From Azolla caroliniana (taxonomy: Eukaryota; Plantae; Polypodiophyta), in contig JBHGNT010000015.1 of the NCBI GenBank assembly GCA_043228905.1, forward strand, positions 9,920,001-9,984,000: 64,000 bases of DNA. The letters are read 5' to 3'. The notes below the pieces were generated by a model that saw only the letters and a list, made by a program, of their open reading frames with translations, was not told where the DNA came from and did no database searches. Shown here piece by piece: positions 51,320 through 63,549 of the stretch. Position numbers and translations under genes: made by a program. Position 1 is the stretch's first letter; every line of letters begins with the position of its first letter.

Positions 51320-54300
51320 GTCCGGACCTTGCCGGATGAACAATGAAGAGTCGGACTTGGAGGCCACAAACCCCATCTTACGTAATCGGTGCGTGATCTT
51401 TGCATTCCAAGCTCTGGGGGCTTACTTCAGGCCATAAAGTGACTTCTTCAACCGGCATACTGCCGACTTGTTCATCTCCGACTGGAAACCGGGGGGTTGG
51501 GTCATAAAGATCTCTTTTTCAAGATCGCCTTGAAGAAATGCATTCTTCACGTCCATCTAGTGAAGATGCCACCCCCTTGCCGCAGCAACCGCCAGCTCCA
51601 CACAAATCGTCGTCATCTTCGCTACCGGAGCGAAGGTCTCGTCGTAATCGATTCCGTGGGTCTGCGCGTATCCCTTTGCCACTAACCGAACTGTCGGCAT
51701 TGAACTTTACCTTGTACACCCACTTACATCCGATCGGTTTACAGTGTTGAGGAGGGTCAACTAGGTCCCATGTGTCGTTGGCATCAAGTGCCCGCATTCT
51801 TCCTCCATAGCGGCATGCCAATTTGCGTCCTTTGCGGCTTTTGCGTAGCTCTCCGGCTCACGCACTTCCGCCACCTTGGTCATGTATGCATATCGGTGCG
51901 CCATGTACTTATTGTACTCATACCGCTTCACGGGGTTCTTCTAGCAGGAAGACCGGCATAACTTATCGTTACCCGGTTTGAGGCCCTTCTTGGCCGGTTC
52001 GGTCTCTGTTGCCGAAGATTTGCCTTCTTCTTTTTCGGAGTTGGATCCGCTCCGATCCGACTCACCATTGCCGGTCTCGTGCTCCGGCATCTTGCTCTTC
52101 CCCTTTTCCTTGCGCATGAACCGTCTCCTCGGTTCCTTGCGCGGGGGGAACACACCAGAGTCTCCACTACTCACCGGTTCATCTTCCGACCAGTAAGGCA
52201 TACCATGACGTCTCATCAAACTCAACATCCCGGCTAACTCGGACTTGCTTTGTCCAGGGGGTTATAACACTTATACCCCTTTTGCTCATGCGAGAAACCG
52301 ACCAGGATGCATTTCTCCGACTTTGCATCCAACTTCCTCCGCTTCTCATCCGGCACATGCACATATGCAATGCTACTAAATATCCGAAGGTGTCTCAAAT
52401 TCGGCTTGCGCCCGAAATACAACTCATGTGTGAACACCTTGTCACCAATCCGGTTTTGGATATAGACGGTCGTACGGACCGCCTCAACCCAGTAGAATTT
52501 GGGCATGCTCTTCTCCTCCAGCATCACCCTTGCCGTGTCGATAATCGACCGGTTCTTCCTTTCGGCCACACCGTTTTGCTCCAGTGTGCACCTACAACTG
52601 AATTCTCTCCAAATTCTGTTCTGCTGCAGATAACTGTTGAATTGGCCGAAAAAGTATTCTTTCCCGCCATCCGACCGCAAGCACTTGATCTTTCCCGTTC
52701 AACCAAACTTTGAAGGTTCCGGAAACACTCGAAGACTTTTCTCTTCCTCTCGATGAGGTAGATCCACGTGTGCCGGTTATAGTCGTCGATGAAGGAGACG
52801 AGATATCGACTCCCGCCAAGACTAACGTTCTATGCCGGTCCCCATATATCCGAATGAATAAGGTCGAGCTTGTTACGGCTACGGTTTCGTTCGGTGGGGA
52901 ATGCAAGCCGGTGTTGCTTCCCGAGTTGGCAGTCTTCACATATTTGGACCTTTCGACCATTGAACTTCGGCAAACCGAAAACAACTTGTTTCGTTTGCAG
53001 GTCTTGAAGCCTCCGGTAATTGACGTGGCTGATCCACTTGTGCCAGAGATCAATATCCGATTCAATCTTATGTCCTTTGGCGAACAAAGCGGTGCTGACG
53101 TCATTGGTGTCGAGGATGAACATCCTCCCATCTCCGCACCCTTGCGCAATAATCTGGCCCTCTTCCTCGATGAAGCACCCAAGGTGTGTAAACCGCACCT
53201 GCATCCCCTGGTCAACGATTTGACCGACTGACACTAGGTTCTTCGTGATAGTCAAAACGTGTAATACGTTCATCAGCTTCCTCCTCTATCCGACGTGGCT
53301 CAAAGGGACTTCTCCGATATGCACGATTGGATGAGGAGTGTCGTCTCCGGTTTCGACGACTCCCGATTGTTCCGGTTTCTCTTTGTGGCTCGTCATGTGA
53401 TTCCACGCACCGGAATCAACGTACCACACTTCCTCCGATTTGGAAGTGGTCTTCTTCATCGAGCTAGCCTCGTGTTTCATCACCAAGGCTGGCCCTTTAC
53501 CAGCTTTTCCGGTTTTGGATCCTCCCAATCCTTCTACGTAGTGCGAATATTGCCAGTTCTCTGTGCCAGCCTTGTCGGATCCGGATCTGTCCGTATCGGT
53601 GCGCTTCTTCCAACACTTGCTTTCTCTGTGGCCCTTTTGTTGAGGACAAGGCCATCAATGCGGAAGTGCAAGCAACATTCGTGATGAAGAACCTGTGTAT
53701 GCGTGAGCAAGATAAACACAGAGGGGGAGAGAGAGAGAGAGAGAGAGAGAGAGGCACAAAGTAATCGTTATATTCAATAGCAACAGTTGCAAAGGACAAC
53801 CAACCTTTACTAAAGGTTACAAAGTCACTTTATATAGTGACTATCCTAGGTCAACTGCCCTTTATGCTATTTACAGAAATAGCCCGAACTTGGGTTGTCC
53901 AAAGGGACAGTGTGAATACGGCCATTATACACTTGTATTCGACACTCCCCCAACTGAGCCATAAAGCTTCTTTTGTCGCGTCGAACGCAGCTATATATTC
54001 CGCTTCGGTCGTTGAGGTGGTTGTGCACTCCTGAAGTTTTGACTTCCACGAGATTGCTCCATTGCCGAATTTGAAAAAGTATCTGGTTGTTGATTTCCGA
54101 CTGTCCACGCAGCCGGCGAAGTCTGAGTCAGTGTAACCAACTACGCCTAAGGATGAATTCGGGTCGAAAAGAATCCCAAGTCTTGTTTGCTCGAATGGAA
54201 TGCATTTCTGACTCCATCGCCAGACTATAGGGTGTTGTATATTCACGTCGAATGCTGCGTTCAGACTATAGGGTGCTGTATATTCACGTCGAATTCCATT

Positions 54301-56107
54301 CTGCTTCAGACTATAGGGTGTTGTATATTCACGTCGAATGCTGCGTTCCTGGCAGAATTTGATGAATTCTTCAGACTTGAATTCTCCTCCATTGTCGGTT
54401 CGGAGACATTTCAATTTCCGACCGGTCTGATTTTTGACCATTGCAAGCCATTCGGAGAAGATCGAGAACACCCGATCTTTGGTTCTGATGGGGTAAGCCC
54501 ACACCTTCCGAGTCGAGTCGTCAATAAAACTGACGAAGTACGAAGCACCACCGAGAGACTGATGTGGAATCAGGCCATAGACGTCCGAGTGGACCAAATC
54601 GAGCCCCCTCGATTCTCTTGGTGCTTATGTCGGGTGTGATGTGGCTACCTTTTTGCCGTACTGGCAATGCTCCCAGAATTGGTGATCCGAGAAGGAGAGT
54701 TTGGGGATGTAACCGGCTCTAGATAGGTGCGTTATGCCAGCCTTGCTGAGGTGTCCAAGTTGACCATGCCATAACGATGACACGGGGATATCAACCAAAA
54801 ATAAGTCACCCTCTTTGAGTGTGACAAATAAAGGATACAAGGAATGTACCTTTGTTCCTCGAGCAAGTAGGAGGTTCCCTTTGTGGAATGTCCACCCTCC
54901 TGATGAGAATCTGACACGGATGCCGGCTTTGTCAAGTTGTCCGACTAAGATCAAGGGTCTTGAAAGCTCAGGAACGTGTCGAACGTTGTGTAGTACGAGT
55001 GTAGAGCCTCCTGGAAGATTGAGCTCTAAGGTGTCGATTCCGATTATAGCACAGTGTTGTGAGTTTCTGACTCGAACTGAGTCAGAGTGCCGGTTCGAGT
55101 ATTGCCGAAACTGAGATCGGTGAGGTGTCACATGATACGATGCGCCCGAGTCCAGGAGCCATGTGCTTGATTCCTCAGTCGTAAGCAGAACTTCTGATTC
55201 GACTTGGTTCTCTATGGACAGTATGTTCGGATCGGTCGTCAAAATTTCAGCTGAAGAGCCGACGTAGTTGACCTCCTCATGCCGGCTACTCTTCTGATCT
55301 GCTCTCTGAGCTTTGTCGGTTTTTGCTTTGAGTGCCCGGCAGTCGGCTTTGATGTGCCCCGGTTTCTTGCAATAGTTGCAGATTCGGTTGTCCCGGGACT
55401 TGCTCCGGCTTCGCTGATTGTTTGACGATCGGGAAGAATTTCTTCCCCGGTTGTTCGATCGATCGGTCGAACCTTGTACTACGTAAGCTTCATCTGCCGA
55501 GTCTTTGGCGGAAGACTTTCTCCGAGCTGATTCAGTCAGGATTGCTCTCGTGACTTCGGAGTATTTAACGTTGTCGTGCCTTTCGGCTCCGGATCGTTGC
55601 GTGAGTCGGGTGGGAACCGCCGAGGTTTTTGACTAGGAGGAAGAGGAATACAACTTAAGGCTAGTTATGAATAGTGGAAAGAGAAGTAAGATAGCAATCT
55701 CGTGGATCCCACGAGTTTAGTGTATTTAAAACAATATTTAGATTATAAGAGTAATTTAGATGGCAAAATTCGTGAATCCCACGAATATATTAGATTGATC
55801 AATCCTTGTATATTAATCAACAACCTTATACATATTTCTCTCCTCCTTATATAAAGATGGAAGAGGCTAAGCATGGCTTCATGCTTTTTCACCAAAAGTG
55901 TCCATGCACACTAAATGTGCATGTGATGTTTTGTCATTTCCTAAGTATAGGGCTCATGCACGCTAGATGTGCATGAGTCACTTTTAATGTCACGTGTAAA
56001 TAAAATATTCACACCCTAAAGAATACATGATTTTTACCTTTTAATAAAGGTATGTGTAAATAAAGGTCGTATACGTATTAAATCTATGTGTATAACACTA
56101 AAGATAA

Positions 56108-56175
56108 GTTATTACAATGGTAAAGTTTGGGTTTATCTATGTGGAGGTGCAGGGTTCGAATCCTGCCCTATGCAC
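56108..56175 (+). other. tRNA-derived cassette in the B3 3' LTR
   Basis: TATTACAATGGTAAAG ... GCAGGGTTCGAATCCTGC (perfect B box within a T-arm stem). Confidence 0.75.
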
Positions 56176-56271
56176 GTGATAAATGTTTTGATATATTATT
56201 TATTTATTTATTTATATGTATCAAAAATCGGATATATTATTTTATGGTTTTCACGTAGTGTGTGGAATACA

Positions 56272-59200
56272 CTACGACACTCGCCCCCTCCAACCCGCAC
56301 ATCCTCCGGTATGTGCCGTAGTTCTCGATTCCTCATATCCGTCTTCACCCAAAGCTTCCTCCGATTCTCCCCTTATGTCGACTATGAGTTGTAATTCACT
56401 TTCTTCGCTTCCCGCATCACCGTGGTCTTCATCCGATTGCTCCTCGTTGTCGGCCTTGGCTTGGATCACATAGGGTTTGTCGTCGGTCCGCTTCTTGAAA
56501 ATCTTCACCCGCTTCCCGGCTATAGGCACTCGTAGTATTGTTCCATCCAACTCGGACAGTCGGTACGTTCCGTTGTCGAAGACTTTCCGAACCTCTTATG
56601 GCCCGAACCACCTTTTCGCGAATTTCCGCATCGTTGTATGTTGATGGTCCAAACTACTATCATAGACGATCACCCAATCTCCTTCTTCAATCCTCCTCGA
56701 TCGTAGTCGGTGCTTTGTGTCGAACCGGCTTTTGTTCCGGAATCGTGCTTCTTGTTGTCGGAGTATTGCTTCCGCTATGTCTGCCGGTCTTCCCTCTAGT
56801 TGTCGTATCCGGACCGCTAGTAGTTCTTCCCGGCTCATCTCTTCCTTCCACGGTAGCATTGTCCATGTTGCGATCGCGGTTTCCGTCGGCATTACCGGTG
56901 CTTGTCCGGTCATGAGTTCTGCCGGCATGTAACCGGTTACGGAGCTATGCGTCGTCCGATCCGCCCATAGTGCATACGGAAGCATCTGCGGCCAGTCCTT
57001 CACCTTTCCATCGCATGCCTTCGCAAGTGCTTTCACGATCGGACTATGTCCTCGTTCGATTTTCCCGTTGGCCTCCGGATTGTATGTCGTTGTCAACGAT
57101 AACCGAACTCCGTGTTTGGCGAAGAATCCCCTAGCTTTGTCTGAGTCGAGTTCTCCCCGGTCCGCAATCACTTGTCCTACGCACCCGTACCTGCAAAATA
57201 CTTCCTCCAAAAGAAATTGGCATACCGCGGAACACGTTTTCCTCTGAAGCGCTCGACCTTCTACTTGATTCGTGAGATCTTCCTGAGCTAATACCAAGTA
57301 TTTCTTTTGTCCGATCCCGGTCAACATGGCCACTATGTCGACCATCCACTTGAAGTTGATTGTCTGTGAGAATGTCGGATGTAACTCATCTCGATGTCGA
57401 ACCCCGGAGTAGACTTGACATTTCTCGCAACTTCTTCATTATCCGATTTGGTTATGTCGTCTCCGAACCGAGCCCTTGATAACATATCCGCTACCGCGTT
57501 GTCCTTCCCCGAGATGTGTCGAACCTCTGGATTAAGCGACTTGACATATGCAACCCACCTTATCATAGCTACATCCGGTATCGTACAACACCGCATCATC
57601 CCAAGTATCGGAAGACAATCCGTCTCGATCACCACTTCGGCTCCGATCAAATAATCCCGATCCGATTTTATCGCCGACACGACTCCCCACAGTTCTCTTT
57701 TGACTTGTGCATATCCATGTTGCCTTTCGTTGAGAACCTTTGCTCCAAATCGGATCGGATACCGTGAACCATCCGAGTCGGCTTGATTGATGACCCACCC
57801 GATACCGGTTGGACTTGTATCAACCGTTACTATGATCGGTCGGTTGTAGCTCAGCTTCTTAAGTGCTTCCGCCCTCCGAACTGTCTTCTTCAATTTCTTC
57901 ATGGCTTTGGTGTGTTCCGGTTTCCATTCGAATTTCTTACCTTTCCGCAACAAGTGGTAGAGCGGGTCCGCTATATGTGCATAGTGCGGAATCCATATGT
58001 GATAGAATGCACATGCACCGAGAAACCTTCGGACTTTGGATGTTGACTCGCATACTTCCTCCATAGCTTGAATCGCATCGATCTTTGTTGGTGACGGTCT
58101 TCGGCCGTAGGGCCCACATAGATGTCCGACCACCAATATTTCTTCTTGCCCGAATGCCGATTTCTCCCCGGAAAGTGTTAGGTGCACATCTTCTAGCTTT
58201 CGCAACACTTTCTTGCAATCATGAATATGGTCGACCACAAACTTTCGGCATCCCCGATCATCCATAGTCTCATCTTTTTCTTCTACCGCGCATCCTTTCA
58301 TCGGAATGTCATCGAGGAACGGCATTGTTATCTCCGGAATGCAGTCTCGAAGCACCTTGTTCATCGCGTTCATCATATGAGCAACCGAGTTTGTCGCTCC
58401 TTGTGGTAGTTTGCACATTCGGACTAATCCTATCGGTGTTCGCATGGTTGTGATGTCTCGGCTCTCCACGGCTAGTTGGAATTGGTCATACCCCGAGTAT
58501 AGGTCTCCGATGGAGTATATCGCATGACCGGCAAAAGCTTCCGCAAATTCGTCCACTATCGGACCGACTCCCGAGTTCCGGATCGTGACCTTATTCACCG
58601 GTTGCAAGTCTTGGATAAATCGGAGTGGCCCATTCTTCTTCGGAACTGTAAACCATCGATTTGAGTACGGAGCAGTTGATGGCTCTAGAATCCCCATCGC
58701 CACCTTCTCCTTGAGCAAGTCAATGACTTTCGGAATATGCGCTCGTGGCACCGGAATCGGCTTCAGGTTCCACGGTACATGGTCAATCGTGAAGATCACC
58801 ATCGGCTCCACTATTCTCGGATCGACGCACCCTATCTCCCTTGATGTAAATGCAAACACTTTGCCGTGTTGCTCCAACATCTCGCGAAACCGTTCTTCTT
58901 CTTTTTGTAATAGGAACCCACCTCCACCGATCCGAAGTTTCTTCCGGGTCTCATCCGTGAAGGCATGTCCGATATCCACGGACTTCCGAAGTGTCGGATC
59001 TCCCGAGACTTCTTTCCTCTTTTGTTCGCTATCGGCGGGTAGTGGTCCCGCGGCCGGTCTCACCTTCTTCTCCACGGTCTTGTATTTCGTACTTACCATT
59101 GCTTCTTCTTTGCGGAGCGAATCCGGCTCCATTTTCGCAATGATCTCGTACATCTCGACCGATTCCACCGGGACTACCCGGTTCCCTTGGCTTTTATCTT

Positions 59201-59467
59201 CCGCAAGCTCTTCAAGTCGTTGTAGCGTGCTCCCATAGAACACTTCTTCAACTATCCCCATGATTTCTTCATCTTCTTTTATTATTGATGCCGACCGCAA
59301 CTTATCCTCCACTTGTCGGTATCCTTTCTTCAATCCTCCGGTTACGGTCCTGTACGTAGATGCCCCATCCGGACCGATTCGTACATGTTTTGCTCCGAGA
59401 GTTTTCTTCCTGTGTGGGGTATCAGGGCTTCTCGGATTATCACTTCCCCACTCCGCAACAGTCCGCT
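56272..59467 (-). pseudogene. pol (RT, RNase H, integrase) in the -1 frame; integrase N-terminus deleted
   Basis: FLDDIP RT, VTVDTSP..ETDC RNase H, IADRGE..NGKIERG integrase; deletion and frameshift at about 57430. Confidence 0.9.
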
Positions 59468-61510
59468 TTAAAAATCCATTCTCACTTGGGACAAGAGTTC
59501 CCTCTTGTTCCTTTCATGATTTGCCGGCACCGTTAGGAATTGGACGGATTTCCCACCGTTTTGGCTCCGAATTCGCGCAAAAGCCGCACCGCTATCGAGC
59601 ACCTTCGTCTCCATCCGTGATGCCGTGATAAAGGGTTGGCCGAGGATGACAGAATGTGAAACCTCATCTTGCACGAAGAAATTTTGGTCGATCTCGACAT
59701 CCCCGATCTTCACCGTCACATCCGGACAAGCCGCAAATAGATCTTCCGTTGCTTTGGTGGCCACCCGAATCTTCCATCCATGGTTGGTGTTAATAGGCCA
59801 CTTCCCCTTCCGGTAGAACTCCTTGGACATCAAGTTGATCTCCGATCCGTGATCAATCAATGCTAGCACGGGTTCTTTGATGTTGCCGATTCGGACCGGA
59901 GTCTCCGTAGTCGCGCGTGCCCAATGTGGCCTTGTATAGTGGGAGTTCGGAATTTCGTCCTCCACTTCGGTGTCGTTCATTAAAACGGTGTTCGCATTCA
60001 CCCTTGGAGCATTTTCCTCCGTACTTTGTCTTTTTTGCTTCACGAGATCCACGAGAAGATCGTGGAACTCCTTCTTTGCTATTCCGAGTAGCTCCCGAAG
60101 CGAGAAATCTACCCGGCTATCCAAGATTCTTTCCTCGAACACTCTTTTCAAGTCCGTTTGTTGTTCTATGTCCGAGGCGAGCTTGAATGCCGGAGTCGCC
60201 TTTTCTTTTCCCTTACCTCCGGAGTTCCAGCTTTCTGGTATCTTCGATGGCCCGGCCGCATCCTCCGTGCGTCGTCGTTTCTCGTCCACATACACCTTAT
60301 GCAATTGACACAGGGCATATACGCTATTCTTGTCGACAGGGCACTCCCATCCCGTAGCTTCCCGGACGCCTTCTGCGGTGCTTCGTATCTCGTTGGAGTC
60401 GGTTTTCTCAGTGTTTTCTAGAACTTCCGGCCAAAAAGACGTCTTTGCTCTCGATAACTCCCCGACACATATTCCCGCGGTTGTCGCATAGTTGCTTCTT
60501 GCTACCAATTCCTCCTCGAGCACCTTCTTCATGCCGCCTTTCCGGAAGTTCGGTCGGAGTGGCTTCCGAGAGTCCATTGAATGAATCTGGTTTCCCTCGT
60601 AGTAGATGAGATCCCGCCGTAGCGCCTCCTTATGCTCGTCGCAATCCCTCCGATCGTGTTCGGCGTTATCGCACCATATGCACCGTCGGTCCGTATACTT
60701 GGAGCTTGTGGGGCGGTCATCCGACTTCTTCACCATCACGATCTTCAGATTCTCCATCTCCTTCAATAGTTGCTCCACCATAGATGCATCAATCCCCTTC
60801 TCGGTTGTAGTCTCCCGAGCCCTCGGTTGATGGTCTTCCAATCCGGTTCTCGGTTTCGGAATCAGTTCCGAAACCCTCTTTTCCTCGTTGGCAAGCCATT
60901 GCCCCCTCTTCGTATATCGCGCGACGATATCCCGCACACTTTCCCATGTTTCGGTGAGGCCACTCTCCATGGTCGTGTCCTCCAAGAGCACTCCGAGATC
61001 TTTCCGGTCCCGGACGTCCACGGCTCGCAAGAACATGATCACCTTGTCCGGTACGAGGATAGCTTGATCTCTCGCGGACAACCTCCCGAACCAGCTTTCG
61101 AATGCCGAAAACACATCAACGACCTTCAATCCCTTGTCCGGCGTCTCCACCCAATCTTCGAATCCCCTTCGCGTCGCCTTGGAGGAATCCTCGATGGTGA
61201 ACGTCCTCTTTAGCTCTTCTTCAAACGCCTCCCATGTCGGATTTTGTTGTCGTAGCCCATGGATGCTTGCTTGAAGCCCATCGGTCGCCACCCGGTTGAA
61301 GGACGTCACTTGCAGTCCTTCCGATATTCCGCACCGTAGCATCTCCGCCTTGTAGTCCCGAAGATACCGCGACACGTCTTTCCCGTTGAATTGCCCGTTT
61401 CGTTGCACGAGCCGCTCCACTGATGCCGCTATCTCCGACATCGCGCGTTGTTCTTGTAGCATGCGCTCGAACATCATCATCATGTTGCTAGCCTCCGGTT
61501 GATTTTCCAT
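59468..61510 (-). CDS. gag-protease polyprotein (680 aa, intact)
   Basis: CIWCDNAEHDRRDC knuckle, LALIDHGSEINLM aspartic protease; ends G GAT TTT TAA. Confidence 0.9.
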   Translation of the reverse strand: MENQPEASNMMMMFERMLQEQRAMSEIAASVERLVQRNGQFNGKDVSRYLRDYKAEMLRCGISEGLQVTSFNRVATDGLQASIHGLRQQNPTWEAFEEELKRTFTIEDSSKATRRGFEDWVETPDKGLKVVDVFSAFESWFGRLSARDQAILVPDKVIMFLRAVDVRDRKDLGVLLEDTTMESGLTETWESVRDIVARYTKRGQWLANEEKRVSELIPKPRTGLEDHQPRARETTTEKGIDASMVEQLLKEMENLKIVMVKKSDDRPTSSKYTDRRCIWCDNAEHDRRDCDEHKEALRRDLIYYEGNQIHSMDSRKPLRPNFRKGGMKKVLEEELVARSNYATTAGICVGELSRAKTSFWPEVLENTEKTDSNEIRSTAEGVREATGWECPVDKNSVYALCQLHKVYVDEKRRRTEDAAGPSKIPESWNSGGKGKEKATPAFKLASDIEQQTDLKRVFEERILDSRVDFSLRELLGIAKKEFHDLLVDLVKQKRQSTEENAPRVNANTVLMNDTEVEDEIPNSHYTRPHWARATTETPVRIGNIKEPVLALIDHGSEINLMSKEFYRKGKWPINTNHGWKIRVATKATEDLFAACPDVTVKIGDVEIDQNFFVQDEVSHSVILGQPFITASRMETKVLDSGAAFARIRSQNGGKSVQFLTVPANHERNKRELLSQVRMDF

Positions 61511-61528
61511 CTCCTTGCCACCCGGTTG

Positions 61529-61546
61529 TTCACGTCGGGTTCACCA
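61529..61546 (-). promoter_or_regulatory. primer-binding site, tRNA-Trp
   Basis: Plus strand TTCACGTCGGGTTCACCA equals the 3' 18 nt of plant cytosolic tRNA-Trp as I recall it. Confidence 0.85.
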
Positions 61547-62086
61547 ACTGTGTCGTGCCTTTCGGCTCCGGATCGTTGCGTGAGTCGGGTGGGAACCACC
61601 GAGGTTTTTGACTAGGAGGAAGAGGAATACAACTTAAGGCTAGTTATGAATAGTGGAAACAGAAGTAAGATAGCAATCTCGTGAATCCCACGAGTTTAGT
61701 GTATTTAAAACAATATTTAGATTATAAGAGTAATTTAGATGGCAAAATTCGTGAATCCCACAAATATATTAGATTGATCAATCCTTGTATATTAATCAAC
61801 AACCTTATACATATTTCTCTCCTCCTTATATAAAGATGGAAGAGGCTAAGCATGGCTTCATGCTTTTTCACCAAAAGTGTCCATGCACACTAAATGTGCA
61901 TGTGATGTTTTGTCATTTCCTAAGTATAGGGCTCATGCACGCTAGATGTGCATGAGTCACTTTTAATGTCACGTGTAAATAAAATATTCACACCCTAAAG
62001 AATACATGATTTTTACCTTTTAATAAAGGTATGTGTAAATAAAGGTCGTATACGTATTAAATCTATATGTATAACACTAAAGATAA

Positions 62087-62154
62087 GTTATTACAATGGT
62101 AAAGTTTGGGTTTATCAATGTGGAGGTGCAGGGTTCGAATCCTGCCCTATGCAC
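62087..62154 (+). other. tRNA-derived cassette in the B3 5' LTR
   Basis: Same cassette as 56108..56175. Confidence 0.75.
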
Positions 62155-63518
62155 GTGATAAATGTTTTGATATATTATTTATTTATTTATATGTATCTAA
62201 AATCGGATATATTATTTTATGGTTTTCACGTAGTGTGTGGAATACACTACGACAACGCCAGCTGTTGAAGCATTGCACATGGTTGTAACGAAAGTTTCCC
62301 ATGAAGAGGGGAGACTACTCATGACTATCATTGCTCTGAGTTCATCCTCAATTGTCGTCCCCTTAGACGAGATTTGGGAGCTTATTCTTTCGTACTCGTT
62401 GAGGTGTGCCTAAACCGAATTGGATTCTTTCATCCGCAAGTTGTAGAGGCGCCGGATCAGATACATCTTCGTTGCGGCAACCTTCTTTTCATAAGTTTCC
62501 GACTGTGTTTTCCAAAGTTCAAACGTTGTCGTGCATGATTGCACTGTGAAGTACACTGACTCCGACAAGTGCATCCAAATCGTGGCGCGGACGATTCTGT
62601 CTAGCTTTAGCCACTCGTTTGCCTTATATGCTTCTGGAGGATTTTCATTCTCAATCGGGTCTATCTGACCCTTGACTATGAGATAGTCCTGCATTTGTTC
62701 CTTCCAGAAGTTGAAGTTTGAACCGTTGAACCTCCTTAGACTCATCTCTGATGAGCCGGATGTTGATTGCATCTGCTTCGGTTTCGGTTGGTAAGACTCG
62801 GTTTGGAGTTGACTACGAACCTTAGTGGGGTGCAGCCGGTCGGTTCACCCGATATCGTTCTAGTCGGTTTTGAACCTGAGCCGGTTTGGTTTCGGATACT
62901 TGTTGTTGAACCTGCTCGGAGTAACTCCGGTAACTTGAGGGACAGAACCGGCTTGTCTTCCCGAATGTTGCCAAGTCGGAGTGAGCCCAGTTAGCTTCTG
63001 ATTGTATGCTGAATACTGATTACACGAAACCGATTGTTTGGGCCGATTGTACTTCGGATGATTGCAGCGATGAGAGGGACGGATCCAACTGATCCTCCCG
63101 AATGTCGATCAGCCGAGTGAAGCACGAAGTGGTTGTTGCCAGGAGACCAATCTACAGCGGGTGGTTACAACAAGCGGGTGAATAGCGTCCGGTGACCTAT
63201 TCGGATGTTGTTTAATCGAATGAAGCACGATTAGGTCGGTTGTTGCTCAAGGAGCTCCCCTCAAGCGGTTACAAACACAAGAACAGAGTACAACCGACTG
63301 GCTTACTCCAATTTGTGATTTAACATAGTGAGGTGGGAGCTTTTTGTTTTTCTTCTCCCTTCTCTGTTCTTCAAAGAAAACGAAAACAGAATGTTGTGTT
63401 GTGCGATGACGGCCGGCAACAGGTTGAAGAACCTCCAACGCTCTGATACCAAATGTTGAGGACAAGGCCGTCAATGCGGAAGTGCAAGCAACATTCGTGA
63501 TGAAGATAGACACAGAGG

Positions 63519-63549
<31 letters not shown>

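Larger units (their letters stand above)
55572..62254 (-). mobile_element. Ty3/gypsy family B copy 3, near complete
   Basis: LTRs 55572..56279 and 61551..62254 (about 7 substitutions plus one 4-bp indel by eye); 4-bp TSD ACGT/ACGC; PPT 56280..56298; Trp PBS. Confidence 0.96.
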
